Assembly (NCBI RefSeq): GCF_009834535.1
Contig: NC_045696.1
Span: 79,362,001-79,426,000 of the forward strand
Direction: 5' to 3'
DNA length: 64,000 bases
Source: Camelus ferus
Lineage: Eukaryota
The notes beneath the pieces are model-generated. The model had not been told where the DNA came from. It saw nothing but the letters and a program-made list of their open reading frames with translations, and did no database searches. Of the stretch, positions 1 through 14,000 are shown in pieces. Within the stretch, counting starts at the first letter, position 1. The number at the start of each line of letters is the position of its first letter. Made by a program: the position numbers and the translations under genes.

Positions 1-3000
1 GGACGTATGTGCACTCCCAGGTCACCGCAGAAACCACGAGCCTCTGTTTTCCTAAGGGCTACCCAATCTACTCTCTCATGGTACTTAACTGGTTCTTGTT
101 ACGCTTTTGAATTTGCGAAGTCTGAATTAGATGCCCCTAAAGGTATGTATTACCTCCAAAGTGTCCCAGGGATAAAGGGACTTCATTGTGAAAAGATCCT
201 CAGTTAACAAAAAATTTACAGATACAATTAAAAATTTAATTATTAAGGTTTCATTAATTTAACAAAAGCCCTGCTATCAGAGACACTGCATTTGTGTGCT
301 GTGAGGCAGTCTGTGTTGCAGACCTAGATTTACAGACTACTATACATACCTCAAGCTTTAGAAAATTACATTACCTTTAAGCAAGATGACTCACCTTTAA
401 TAGGTAATAATTGGAAATAATTCAGAAATACTGCTTTTAAAACTTAGTTTAAGGTACTTAAATGCTGAAAAATTAGACTGTGCTAGACAGTCAAGTAAGA
501 AAGAAATGCATGAATCCTCGGGAATCAATGCAGAGATTTTGTTATTTTTAATGTGAGTAGGAATACAGCTAATAATAGAGCATTAATGAAATGGTAAACC
601 TGGCAGTAGTGAGATTCCAGAATCTACAAGGTTCCAAAGAAGTCAAGAAGGGCGTGCTGGGCAGCGTGTTGGTACTTTTCTATTTTATGTAAGGCTAATA
701 CTTTCTACTGTATCTTTTGGTATATTAATTTAAATTTTCTTACAGATTAAATATCAGATTAAAAATATATTCATTCATTAAATATTTGAAAATCCATAAT
801 TTGTTGTGTCTACTGAATGTCAAATTTAATAAAGACATGTCTATCATCAGTTTGGCATGTTACAAAAGCAAAAGTAACTTTAGATGGACAAATAGTTAAA
901 ATTCAACATATACGTATTGCATTAGGTATTTATGTCTTTAAAGTCTATCAATGCCTTAGCTTTTAAAATATTATAAAAGTACTAAAAACACAAAGAGTTT
1001 GTAAAATGTAGAATCCACCCTCATGGAAACTACTGTCTACAATCTGATTGATTGTTAGAACACTATGCTTCTAACGCTTCCTATGCTTTTCTAGATATAT
1101 ACACGTCTACCGTGTTATTGGTATACGAGCATATATGAATTAGTTATTAGTCCTTTTAGACAAATACTTAGACTCTCCTAACTGGGGCATACACCCATAG
1201 CTGTGAATTATTTGGTATGCTTCGTGACTTTGACTTGAAGATTTTCTCAGTAACTATATGCCGTACAAATATGTTAAAAAAGAAACAATACTACAACTCA
1301 ACAGAAATCACATTAGACAGAAACCTTGGTTTTAAAACAAAATTAAAATTCCAAATAATGCATTGGTTTAAATATAAAGCCTTCTTTTATTATATGAAGT
1401 GCGTATAGTTTAAAATTAGTGCACTAGACATTATTATCATTGAGATATTTCTGGCATTATCTAGTTGATTTCTGTGAAATACAGTCCAGTGCTCCACGTG
1501 TAAGCATCACCACCTCTGGACTCAGGGGAGGTGGGCCCCTGGGCCCTGTGTTTTACACGGCCTCACTGTAGCCCCCTGGCATTCTGCCCTCCTCAAGTGA
1601 CAAAGAACCTGCAGGGCCAAACGGGTGTGTCCACCTGTAGCTTATGGTACCTTTTCTAGACCGTTCTCCAAGATACCTAAAACTCTGGCATCTCCTGCTC
1701 TAATGCTCCTAAACTTAATCCAGGACCTTGGAGACCTCTTTCCCGCTCCGTCCTCCTGAAGGTAGAATACTCTGCTGATGTGTGTATTTCTAGACCAGAG
1801 GGTTGGTCAAGACAGTGCTTCGGGGGCTGGGAAGTAGTGGTAAAGGACTCAGAAATATGGTTCATGAGAACTGGAGCACAAAATCCCTCGTGCTGTAGCA
1901 CTGAGCAGGGGGTGGAAAAGTGAAGCATCAGGCCACAGGTCTGACACGCAAGTCCAAGAGTTTGAATTCTGAATTCAAACCTGCACCTCTAGGTCATGAT
2001 GAAAGTATATTTAATCAAGGTAGGAGAAAAGAACATACTTAACAGTTCGTTAACTTATTTTACAATTTTTAAAATATTTCCCTATGCCCCACAAAATGTT
2101 AGGGGTAAGACTATAATTAGTACACTTAACCTCAATGTAAAACTGCGATGTTCAAAATATAATTTCTTATATAATTACTAATATAAATTCAATCTGACTG
2201 TAAGGAGTTTTACGTGTCACTGTTAATTAAAACTGTGCTTTTTCACCTGTGATGATCCATTTATTACAGTAAAAGTCGTTAATGTTTGAACCAATAACAA
2301 ATTACAAAATGTAATTGCAAGGGCTGTTTTACTTCTGAAGATAGGTAGCAAAATTGCCTTAATATTCAACAATGGTGAGGTAATTTTGAGTGTTACCATA
2401 TCCCTATCTCACAGTCCACTGGGTTTAGAATTGGCAGCAGGCAATGCTGTAATTTTTCAGTTTCTTAATTAAATTTGGCCATTAATTTAACTATTCTATC
2501 ATACAGGAAAGAGAGTATATAAAACCCTATTTGTGAGTTAATTTTTCTTTCGACTTTTACTAAACAATTTCTAATGGATGCATATGGTTATAACATTTAC
2601 ATCTAGAATCTTTTTATCTATTCACGGACTTAAGATTCACATCATTGGGTACATTTCGGGAGAGGGGAACTTAGTCTTCTTATTTACTTCCTTGACATAA
2701 AAACTCACATCTTCAATGTATTATATTTATGACAGAAAAACGTACAAAGCACTTGTCAAACTATTATCTTATTTATTTTTCATTACTACTATCTGAAGTA
2801 TATTGTCATTATCTTCATTTCACAGAGGAATTAAACAGGTTCATAGAAGATGAGGAAAATCTCCCAAATCACATAGCAATTATATGGCAAAATCTCTGAC
2901 TCCTATCCTGTATTCTTTTCCAAAACACCGTATTTCTCAAAAATCACACACTTTGTGGCAGACAACAATGGGAATTCTTAAGTACACAACACTGACATTA

Positions 3001-3039
3001 CTTTACCCAAATCAATAAATATTGCCAAGTCAAAAGATG

Positions 3040-3360
3040 TCTGGGAGGATGAAAGATAGATCAGACATAGTTCCTGCAACCAAGGAGCTTACCTGCTAAT
3101 ACTGAAGCTGAGAAACACCTAAGTCAAATGAAAGAGAATAGGCGTCTAAGGAGAAAGTCTGAGTGTCCCGGAGGAGTGCAGGGCATCGTAGATGTTCTAA
3201 GGAGGGAGGTAAGACTTCTGACAAGAGCAATCAAAAACGCTTATGGCTCACCAGGGACAGCAGAATGTGAGCTCAGCTTCCTACGATGAATCAAGGTATA
3301 CAGGGAGAAATCAAAGTTTCTAGGTAAATGAAACAGCATAAGCAAAAGCTTCCAATGGGA
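3040..3360 (-). mobile_element. L2 fragment
   Basis: CAGACATAGTTCCTGC...AAGGAGCTTAC and GAAACAGCATAAGCAAAAG. Confidence 0.55.
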
Positions 3361-3366
3361 AAAAAA

Positions 3367-3536
3367 TGTGTGTGAGTGTGTGGGTGTGTGGGTGTGTGGG
3401 GTGTGTGGGTCCTTGCCTACGTCCATATTCTATATCTATGGCTACATCTGTGTTTATAACTATATCTATAACTATGTCTAGAGCTACATCTATACCATAT
3501 AACAGGGATATCTATAGGGAGATATCCACATCTACA
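3367..3536. repeat. Compound simple repeat: degenerate (TG)n then (CTATAT)n-like
   Basis: TGTGTGTGAGTGTGTGGGTGTG, then CTATATCTAT/CTACATCT units. Confidence 0.75.
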
Positions 3537-3559
3537 GGTTTGGTAATACCTGCTAAACC

Positions 3560-4150
3560 TGACCGCTGAAGAGACAACAGCTTACTAATAACAAAGAGCA
3601 GCAGATTTAAAAACCAATCTGATATACTTTAACCTATCAGAGGAACTCAGAACAGAAAAAAAGATAATAAAGGACAATGTAACTGAGGGATGTGGAAACC
3701 CAAATTTTCACATGTTGATTGATATTTTCATACGTTGACAGTGGGAGTGTAAAATATTTGAGTCAGCAAATCTAATTCCAGGAACCTACACTTAGATAAT
3801 TGACCAAGTATGCAAAGATACACGCAACAGCACATTAATTATAGTAGCACAGGATAGTAGTAGTAGTATTTATAATGGAGGAAATGTGAAAACAGTCCAA
3901 CTCTTCATCACATGTAATTTTAAAAATAAATTATGGAACATCTATTTCTAAAAACTGGTAGATCTAAATGCATTAAGAAATCAACATTACATTGTTAAAT
4001 GAAGAGAGTAAATGATGGAACAGTAAATACAGCATGTCTGCACTGTAGTAGGTAAAATACATGTACGTATACATAACGAGTATGGAAAGGTGGGCACCAA
4101 ATCATACACAGTATTTCTCTCTGAATATAGGACTGCAAGGAACTTTCAAG
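3560..4150 (+). mobile_element. Old L1 (L1ME-like) 3' fragment
   Basis: GAGGGATGTGGAAAC, GTGGGAGTGTAAAAT, CAGCAAATCTAATTCCAGGAA and AATAAATTATGG. Confidence 0.6.
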
Positions 4151-4749
4151 TTCTACTTAACAATAGCACTGAATGCAAGGAGTATGCAAATTATTTCTAG
4201 TTTAATTACTGTAAGTTTAATCACTATAAGTTGTCATAACTCATAATACATAATTCTCCCCAACCTTATTGCATCTGAGGGGTAAATTACTCAAATAATC
4301 GCAACCTTATTTAGAATTTTTCCTTAATTATGTTTGATCTGAAGACCACAAAACAGCACTACAACAACTGATTTTCATAAATATAAACAAGGTTTTTTTG
4401 TGCCAAAATGTCCAAAAGAAAAAAAAGGACGGATAGGTTAGGTTTCCTGCTTGATGACAGAATAATACTTTCATTTGTTCTGAAGACCAAAAATATCAAT
4501 TATTTCAAATAAAACTTTATACCTCCTAAGGTTATTCTTGGATTTTCTATTTTCTTCATCTCTTTTCCACAAAAAGAAATGCTCCCTCAAATAATCTTTC
4601 AACAGTATTTTAATTAGCCAATTACTTATACAACTGTAAACCCCTCTTAGAATTTCAAAAATTTTATGTACGTGTCAAAGCAACAATATGCATTTTTACC
4701 TGTCTGAGTCTATTACTCAAAATGGAATCTGCCAGGTAATACAAAGGTG

Positions 4750-4905
4750 TAGGGAGAAAGGGATGGAGGGATAGAGCGGGGGAGAGAGGGAGAGGGAAGG
4801 AAGAGAAGGAGAAGAAGAAGGAAGAAGGAAGGAAAGCGAAGAAGGAATGCAGGCGAAGTTGACAGTGAGTAAGGGAGAATTAAGAAAGGATGGAAAAGGA
4901 AAGTA
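4750..4905. repeat. GA-rich polypurine tract
   Basis: GGAGAGAGGGAGAGGGAAGGAAGAGAAGGAGAAGAAGAAGG and similar units. Confidence 0.9.
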
Positions 4906-7900
4906 ATGGAAGCCGAGTGCGGAACGTTGGGTGTGACCGCCTTAATGTTTGTCGTCCTTACCCCCCCTACCCTCCCTCCCTCCCCTCCGCAAACAAAAGA
5001 CAAGCAACCCTCCCAAAACGACCCGCCACGACCCCCCCTCAAACGAAAAAAACTTAGTACCACTGGTTGCTGTGAAAACATTTTCACAATGACCTATTTA
5101 TTTATATAAAAAATGACAGGCCCACCCCACTCCCCGTCAGTATATTTCACTGTGGATCCTGCAACTTCAAATGACGTTTTTCAAACTTAGCTTCAGGTTT
5201 GCCACCAGATTTAGGTCACAAATTTAACTAGTTTCTATTCTTTCAGTTTTTTTTTTAAAGAAGAGTTTCCAAAGCATATTAGTTGAAAAATAATATTGAT
5301 TTGTACATGCATATGTCTAAAGCTGTCAGTGCCTTTTTGAGGTTGACAATGCCTGATACTATAGATCTCAGTAAAGATGGCTTGTCAGTTGGGATGGTAA
5401 AAAGTCTATGCAAAGTCATTTTCCACTAAAGAAAATTGTCAAGATTGAAAGTACCCTGACTGTTATTGATTATACGGTAGCAGGAGTAGAGTTGCCTGAG
5501 GAAATGGTGACTGGCTAACATACTGAAGATACAGAGAAGTGCACTGTTAAGTTCAAGTCAAATGCAACAGTATACACAGTTTCCTGTCACTTGACGGGAG
5601 AGTTTTGGAAAGTGAATACCAACTCTGCCACTACTTGACAACTTCAAGTAACATGCACTTTTTATAGGCATTTTAATATAGAAACAACAGTGACTTTCAT
5701 CATCATTAAATTATTAACAGTCAGTCTCATTGAGTCCTTCTGTGTCATGGAGAAAGTAAAGAGGCAAAGTAGCCAAAATTTTTCAGCAAAATTTTCCACC
5801 ATAACACGAATTTCTCTCAAAATACTATTAAACGTCACAAGATTTTTAACAATGCTTCTATCAGATCTCACCAGGGGAGTCTCTGACTCATCATATTAAT
5901 TGAACTCTCAGAAATGAAATGTTGATTGTAACAACTGCTATGAACACTTTTGAAAAGCGTCCCCAATCATTACTGACCTCACGGAACAACAAATAATTCC
6001 TAACTGACTATGGAAAGCAAATAAAGTATTTTGGTTGGACAAATCCATACTTTCTAAAGACTACTGTTTGACCAACTCTGACCATCATTTTAAACAATGA
6101 AACCTCCCTGACGTTTTAGAGAAGAGTTAAAGACTTGTTCTTCTAAAATTCAGAAGATAATAATTGTGGGGACAATGTCAGATATCAGGACACATTGCCA
6201 TGTGGCAGATTTACATAACATGCTCCTCTCCCTGGGTTACGTATCCCAAACCAAGGTTTTGCATTGGCTAACAATTACCCTGTGTACTCGCAAGCAACTG
6301 AAGCGTCTGCATCTGCTACTGCAGGTTAAATAAATAAATAAATAAATGGCAGGCAATAACACAATATGTGTGTGATTTAAGGAACAGTTCCGCCACAGCC
6401 CCTAATTGCTCTCAGGATCTGAATTGGCAAAACCATAAGACATTCAACAAAAGGCTCTATGCAGGTAGGCCTATAAAACCTAATTATTTCTCACAAAGCA
6501 GACCATTCCATTTAAAATGAAAGAAAGCTATGAGCAATAAAGACCATGCTATTAACAATTAGTCTTCTGCACACATGATTAGACTCAGAGAGATAAAGAA
6601 GCCTCTAAATTTAATGATGAACCCCATATTTCTGGCAGGGTTCAATATTCTGTGCTAATTATGCTGAAGACCTTGTGCTACTTAAAAGGACTCAGACTGC
6701 AAAGTATGACACTATCTCCATGGATTCACTGCTAACACTTAATGTTTAACTTTGATACTGTAGTGCATTTGAATGTATGAATTCAGGAGTAATTTTTTTT
6801 TTATTTCTTACAACCATTTTTAGGAATGGTTTTAAGCCTTCACCAACCATAATATTTACTGACATGTATGTGATTCAGTATTTCATAGAACTTAAAAAAA
6901 AAAACTCTTATTAAGGCTGAGAATCCTATTTCAAGGAGGAATCAAAATGAATCAAAAGATTCACCCAGTAAGTAAAGCCAGTATAAAATGGGAGTTCAGA
7001 GCAGGGAATCCTATCTGTTGTTTACCAAATACTTTTTTAAAAAAAATTTATTTAAAATGAATGATGCAAAAGAAAACAGAATGGGCCCATCAGAATCAAG
7101 GAAACAAACACTAATGTGAATTTCTTTATTAAATAGAATTGCCATGCCTCTTCTAAGTAGAAAAGATGTGCTCTTTCATATAGCTTTGTACTAATTTGGT
7201 TGTATAAAGGGTATTTTCCTACTAGCATGCAAATGTAACTTCAGTTAATATAAATGGAAGTTATCTACACACCACAGCTGTGCAAGAGTCCAAAGTTGAA
7301 GTTATTGGTAGTGTTTAACATATAAGTTATTTTAAAAGGAACTTACATAATAGAATGCCAAAAAAATTCTAGATCTATAAATCACACAGAGGAAATACTA
7401 TCTTTGCCATTAAAATGGGACGGTCAGGGAAGATCTCATTTTCTGTTGGACTGTGTTTAATTTGCAAACATTTATAGTCTTTGTGAAATTAAAGAGAATC
7501 CTATTGGCATTCAAGTAATATTGCTTGAAAAGAAAACTGTTTAAATTTTATTTCTGAATGTGTGGACTAGGAAAACAAGTAAAACAGTTTTAAAGCCACA
7601 GGGAAGCAGAGGAGTCTTTTTTTTTCCCCCTCTTAACTGCACAATAGTTAGTGTCTCCATAGAAACTGATGGTATTTCAGTGAAGTGTCATTAACAAACC
7701 TGAGCTTCTAAAATACACACAAGTATGTTTCAAAAGACATTGAAATACATATATGTCCATCCTTCCCCAGAGTAAAAGGTGATTTTAAATCTTTGCAGAG
7801 CAAAGACAATAGCTCAAAATTATAATGGTCTCTGGGTGAAACTAAATTCTTTTTCTGTCATCATCTTATTCAAAGACCATACAGATTAAGAGAAAAATTC

Positions 7901-8498
7901 CTTATTTTTGTGATTGAATATTTCTTTGTAGGATCTTACTCCTTGTAAGTTATTAATTAATTATAATTATATTTGTTTATGTTTGCTTTCCTAACTCATA
8001 GGTACCAAGAGGGCAGGGGTCATGGCTAATCCATTCACGACTATCTACCCAGTCTGGAACTTAGCAGGGCAGATACAAACTCTTGTTCTGTAGTGACCCC
8101 TCTCCAGCCTTCCCCCATCACCCTCACATTCAATTTTACCCCTATTCCTTATCACATTTAAAAACACTCTTAAACACTGACCTTTTGTAGACAAATGCTT
8201 TCATATCATCAAACAGAGGTAGTTTGATCAAAATTACATATCGGTGGTCTAAGAGTCTCAAGTAACCCAAAGTTAGCCTCATGTTGGATGCCAATGAGCT
8301 GTGTTCCCTCGAGCAGGTCATTTATCTCCTCTGGCTTTAGTTATTCAAATGCAACAGGCTGGTAGCCCTCAGATATATTCTAGCTATATTATTTGAAAAG
8401 GACAAAGAGTATGGCTCAGGGTCATGTCTGAATCACTGTGTTTCAATTTAAACCTCAAACTTCTATATTCTAAAGTTGAAAAGTCAGGTTAACAGCTG

Positions 8499-8959
8499 TG
8501 TATTAGTTTCCTATTAACAAATTGCCACATATTTTATTGGCTTAAAATGCCAGAGATTCACTCTCTGACGGTTCTGGAAGTCATAAGTCTAAAACCAGAT
8601 TCACTGGGCTCAATGAAGGTGTCAGCAGGGCTGCATTATTTCTGGAGGTTCCCAGGAATTGCTTCCTTGTCCTCTCTAGCTTCCAGAGGCAACCCTCATT
8701 CCTGGCTTAAGGCTGCAACACTCTGCCTTCCCCACATCTTCTTCTCTGACCCTAACTCTCAGGTCTCCCACCCGTAAGGACCCCCATAATCACCCCACGC
8801 TTGTGATTACACCGCATCCACCCAGATAATCCAGCATAATTTCCTCACCTCAAGAGACTTAATTCCATCTGCCAAGTCTCTTTTGCCCTATAAGGTAACA
8901 TATTCATAGATTCCAGAGATTAGAAAATGGACATCTTTGGGGCCATTATTTTGACTACA
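8499..8959 (-). mobile_element. MLT1 (MLT1C/D/E-like) MaLR LTR
   Basis: Starts TGTATTAGTTTCCT; contains GGTTCTGGAAGTC and GTGTCAGCAGGGCTG; ends GGACATCTTTGGGGCCATTATT. Confidence 0.8.
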
Positions 8960-11900
8960 TGATTCAAAAAAACTTTAAACTTTAACAGAATTTTCTGGTA
9001 CATCTGTGAGGTTTAGATTTTAAGATTTCTATTAGCCACTCCCAAATATACATATTAGCCCTCCCCTTTAGCTTCCTGATAATTGGCTTCCCTTCCATCT
9101 ATAAGTCATAGCTTTTATAGGAAAATCTTTCGCATGCAAAAAATAAATGTGACAGAAGTCTTTGGAGACTAGGTTAGATTCAGGTAATAGCTAGATACCA
9201 AAAACACAAATACAGGTTTCTGCTTAGAGATGATACATCAGAGAGGAGAAAACAGGCATTTCATTACGTACAGATGCCATGAAAACTCCACAAAATTTAT
9301 GACAGAAGTTCTGTAACACCAGAAGCTCATTATGAAAACATAAACCACTACTGCTCAGCTTTCTGCATATAGTCTTAATGATGGTGGAATTTATTTGTTT
9401 CTACCTGTAGAGTATAAAGTATACTGTAGTAACAGGGAGGTCTGGGTATAGCTTTTCTCACCTTGAGAAAGTCACTAACTAAGATTCACATTTGTAACAA
9501 GGCCGTTTTCTGTAAGATTTAATTAAAATGAACTAATCTGGCTCTTTTGATTGCTTTTAAAATTATCTTGTATTTTTCCAAGAAATGGAACATTATAAAA
9601 AGTAAGGAAATAGAGCACTTCAGCAGTAGTGATTAACATGAGTGCATTTACAAGAATTTTTGTAGATATACAATTAACAATAACATTTTAGTATATTTCC
9701 CAGGAGCCTGTGGTTTTTGGCTTTGGGGAATACATTTCATTTTGCTGATTTACTCCATTGCTCATATCTTACCAAGTTATTTCCCAAAAGATGAATAACT
9801 AGCTATGCAGAGTCTCATCCTTCAGATGGGAAGAATGTAAATTTGCTCAGTTTGGTAGGTGAATTAGCTCTTTTTAGCCACAAAGGTCCACTTAATAAAT
9901 TATGCTCCAGTGCACTAAATGGTACCTCTGTGACCAGCAAGGTCCTTTTTTCTTTTTCTTTTCTTATCGTCCTCTAACCCTCCCAATAGTGGGCAATTTT
10001 CTCCCCACTGGGTGGGGGAGAGGAGCTTATTATCTCTGAGGCACTTCACAATGTCTCTGTTAACCAGTCCTCAAAAAATTACCTGCTGCTACTCCTACAC
10101 GTTTCTCCACTATTCTTCCTCCAAAACCTTAGGACATAAAACATTCTATCTTATTATAATTCCCATTTTCAAGATTGAAAAACAAGAAGTCAAGGCCACA
10201 GAGGTTACATGATGACTCAGTATTGAAGACAAAGGACTCAGAATCTGTGACTTTAAACCTCCCTTTCTGCGGCTTAGCTGAGATGGGAAATTTACATTTA
10301 TAGTCACTGCAAGAGCAACTTATTTCAAATAATCCATGAAAAAGCAGAACCGTTTTCACTTCTGCTCTGGAAAAATCAGGCCATCTGGCTGCCCTCATGA
10401 CACGTTTGAATAAGAATATCAGGTTGGAAATTTAGGTCAAAGCAAACCAAGAAGAAAAGAGCTTGACAAGAGTGGACTAACATATTTAATGTCAGGGTGA
10501 TTTTGGATTTGTCCTAAAATTTATGGATGCATGTTTTTAACTGTATTGGTGACATTTAGCTTGAATTCTTTTATCTTATGTTCATGCTTGGTGAATCATC
10601 ATGAAATTTGGGCTCTGAAATGGAAAAAAATAGATAAAGTAGGTAGAAGGCAGAATAAAATTAAGATGAAGGTGGCACCTACATTTTAAATCTCTCTTTT
10701 CCTTAAGAAAAGTAAAGAAAAAGGCTTATTCATGTTCAGAGAACTAAAAAACAAATAAAAATAGGGCATAATACAAAAATAAATAATCAAGTTACTGAAA
10801 ATAACTATGTATGCACAGCTCTATAATGCACAATTTGCTATCAAGTTTTAAATCAGAGTCATATGTTTGTTTGTCTTTGAGGTAAGGTTTTGTAAGGTTT
10901 TTTTTTTAAATGAGGTATCCCATACTTGTAAGGCCATGTCCTATTTTCGAATTGGAAATGTATTTCCGCTTCCATATCATTATCAATTTTGATTACAACT
11001 ATGAATGAGAGTAGAAAGACTAGAAAGGTGAATATAAAAGCAAAAATAAAGAGTTATGTTACAGGTTATAGGAGTGAAGTCTTATGTGTTTTACAAACTA
11101 TGTAATGATATTAATCCAAATAAAAGAAAATTTAGATTAATTATAGATTGGCCCCCCTTCAATTCATTAAAAAAAGCATTGTGACAAGTGATTTAATAAC
11201 TCATATAATTATTAAACTAAGTGTACATAAGACAGCTGAAGTAATTCTACAATACGAGTGAAAACATATATGTGTCAGCCTCACTGTATAATTAGTTCAT
11301 CTAAAACTGTTATTTAGAACAGGCATTTGTCTTAATTTTATCATTTTTACACAATAGAACAATGAATAAATGTCCCTAAGATTGGCTATTGCAAAGATTT
11401 AACCATGTTTTATGGGTATGACTGAACAGATTAGTAATCCAAGAAATGGTTTTGAGATAATTAGGGGATGGAGAGTCCTAGTTTTTGTTGTTAAGAATTT
11501 CAGATTTTTTTTTCATAATATAAAAAACGTATCTAGCAAAATATTGCTTTGGGAGGACATATTTCTTTTGTATGTACCACAGGGCATGGTAAAGAACAAG
11601 GTGTATACTGAGAACTGAATAAATATCATGGCCAATTGAATCTGAGAAGCAATTATCATTTTAAGTCATCCTGCCATCACTAGGTGAAGCCTTACATATC
11701 AAAGGGGAATATTTTGTTCTCCCATTAGAAAGTGCTTGAATCCATTAGGTGACCAGAATCTATTTAATGGAATGGTTTAAAGGTCTCTTACTTCTCATCA
11801 GTGGAAGAATCGGTATTTAAGAGAAGAACGCCTGAGCCCTGATTCTGTTTTCATTTGTATATGGAAAAAAAAATCTTTGATTTGATAATTCAGCATTACA

Positions 11901-12449
11901 GTGTGATGACTTTCTTTCCTGGATTTCCATTTCTTGTGGGGAAAGAACACCACCATTATCATCAAGTAGCATTTACTGGGTGCCTAATAGCTGCAGAAGA
12001 ATACAAAGCTCCATAAATCAGCAATCTTCTGCAACAGAGCAATGATTCTCCGAAGAATTTATGGACTTGATAAACTAAAATATGAAAAAGCAGATAGTGT
12101 TAAACTACCTAGAAATTAAGCATATAGAAAGAAAATTTTCTCACATCTTAAGCTCTACCTTAATGCTTTTAGGCCACTTGTTACCATCCAATGCACCATT
12201 TACAAAATGGCCCCAGTAATCTGAAAAAAATTAATGTAACACCGAAAGGTGAGGAATTTCACCTCTAAGCACAGAGACAGTCCAGTCTATAAGGAAGAGT
12301 GGGCATGAAAATTAGATTGAAAATCTTTCTCCTTCTCCCTGTCTCTTTAACAAACAATACAGACATTTGTATATTGCTCTCAACCTCATATAAAAGTATC
12401 ATAAAACCAGACAACAAGAGGTAAAAATGATTGCTAATTCATTTTATCA

Positions 12450-12610
12450 TCACTAATCTATATCAAAAAACTGTGTGCTAGACACTGTGCATGCATTATT
12501 TACTTACTTCTCACAAAAGATCTGATGAGGTAAGCAGTATTCATATCTCCATTTTTTTCCCAGATGTAGAAACTGAGGCTTAGAAAGGTAAAATAACTTG
12601 CTTGCGGTCA
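12450..12610 (-). mobile_element. MIR SINE
   Basis: CAGATGTAGAAACTGAGGCTTAGAAAGGTAAAATAACTTGC core. Confidence 0.75.
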
Positions 12611-13320
12611 CCTGGAAATACAGACCAAAAAACCCCCCTAAAAAACACCCCCCCCAAAAAAAAAGAAAGAAAGAAAAAGAAAAAAACTTAACCCTGTGCT
12701 AGTCACTCCCAGAACTGTGCCTCTCACACAGTGCCATGTTGACTCTCATCAGATTTCTTTATGGACAGCTATGAAATTTTACCATAATTAAAATATATAT
12801 CTATATGTTAGTGAATGGAGGATAGCATAAAAACTGGCAAGAAATGTTTAATTTTCCCCATGTTCAAAACTAATATGGTCATATTACTTCTGATCATATG
12901 CGTTAAATTATATGAGAAGAGTAACATCGGTAATTACAGCCGGGTACGTACTTGGGCTTCCTCTACGGCTAGAGTAGACTGTTGGCTTTCGGGAGAGACT
13001 TCTTTTTCTTTACTACAAACATATACTAATCTGGAAAAAATACTTCTGTGAAACATATTACTCTGTCAGGTGTTTACCCCATAATGTTTGTAGAACTACT
13101 TGTAGGGGAATCATGACCATAATGTAATGATGGAAGTATGATAAGACTGCAGAAATTTGGAATTTTGGGGGTATGTAGGGCAACTTTTTTTGTGGCTGAA
13201 AATCATAAGAAACAAGGAAACAGGTCTAACTGGTGTTCTTTCAATTGTCAGTGGGCCATATTCTTCTCAGGTAAAGGAAAAGAAAGAGAAGGAAGGTGAT
13301 GGAAAGAAAAGAACTAGAAG

Positions 13321-13835
13321 TGTAGGAAACAGGGTTGTTTGCTCAGCACCATCTCCCATCTTCTAGAAACTCCAGTCTATTTTCTCCTCACAGACAGTCA
13401 CCATATGAATGCTCATTTTAGTTCAGAATGACTCCATTCTTGGGCCACAGATGATTTGTTTAGCAGTGAATAGACCACTTAATCAACAGGGTCAACTCAA
13501 AGTCCTTTCCCTAGATTTAAAGAACTAGAGATGAAAAAGAAGGTATTGTGGGCTAACATAGCCATCTTCGCATGATGCCATCAGAGAAGTTAGAGCATTC
13601 AGGTAGGCACTGAAGTGAAGACACAAAAACAAGCAGAAACCAAAGGTCAAGAGAAAATGTCAGCATTTAAATCTTTGGTTGTGGTTATTTCTGAGGGCCA
13701 TTGGCTCCTGTCTAATGCCACTGTTTTATCATGCACTCTTTTCATGAAATGGATAATCTAATAGATTTCCCATTTTGGTCAAGTTAGTTGGAACTTAGTT
13801 TCTTCACGGGAACCATAAAGAATCCCAAATAAATG
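13321..13835 (+). mobile_element. Old MLT1 (J/K/L-like) MaLR LTR
   Basis: Degenerate MLT1 3' end AAGTTAGTTGGAACTTAGTTTC...AAAGAATCCCAAATAAA and internal GCCATCTT motif. Confidence 0.55.
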
Positions 13836-13849
13836 GCTACCACATACTG

Positions 13850-14000
13850 AGTATCTCAGCATACACTGGGCACTGTGACAGGCACTTCACAAACCTTCTA
13901 ACGTTTGCAGACATCCTGTGATAAAGATACTGTTCTCTGCATTTTATAGATAGAGAGACAAACTGAGTGAAAGTCAGAGATTAAATTGCCCAGGGTTTTG
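13850..14000 (-). mobile_element. MIR SINE
   Basis: CATTTTATAGAT...AAACTGAG...TTAAATTGCCCAGGG. Confidence 0.55.

Noticed and set aside
395..464. Minus-strand segment with strong AAG|gtgagt donor
   Set aside because: Stops in all three frames from the best acceptor.
1565..1582. CTCF-like GCCAGGGGGCTA on the minus strand
   Set aside because: Only a partial core match, expected by chance.
4713..5109. Longest ORF (124 aa, -) and overlapping 67-aa ORF
   Set aside because: Translations of low-complexity GA- and C-rich sequence.
9462..9509. Minus-strand segment with acceptor and strong AAG|gtgaga donor
   Set aside because: Stops in all three frames and no other support.
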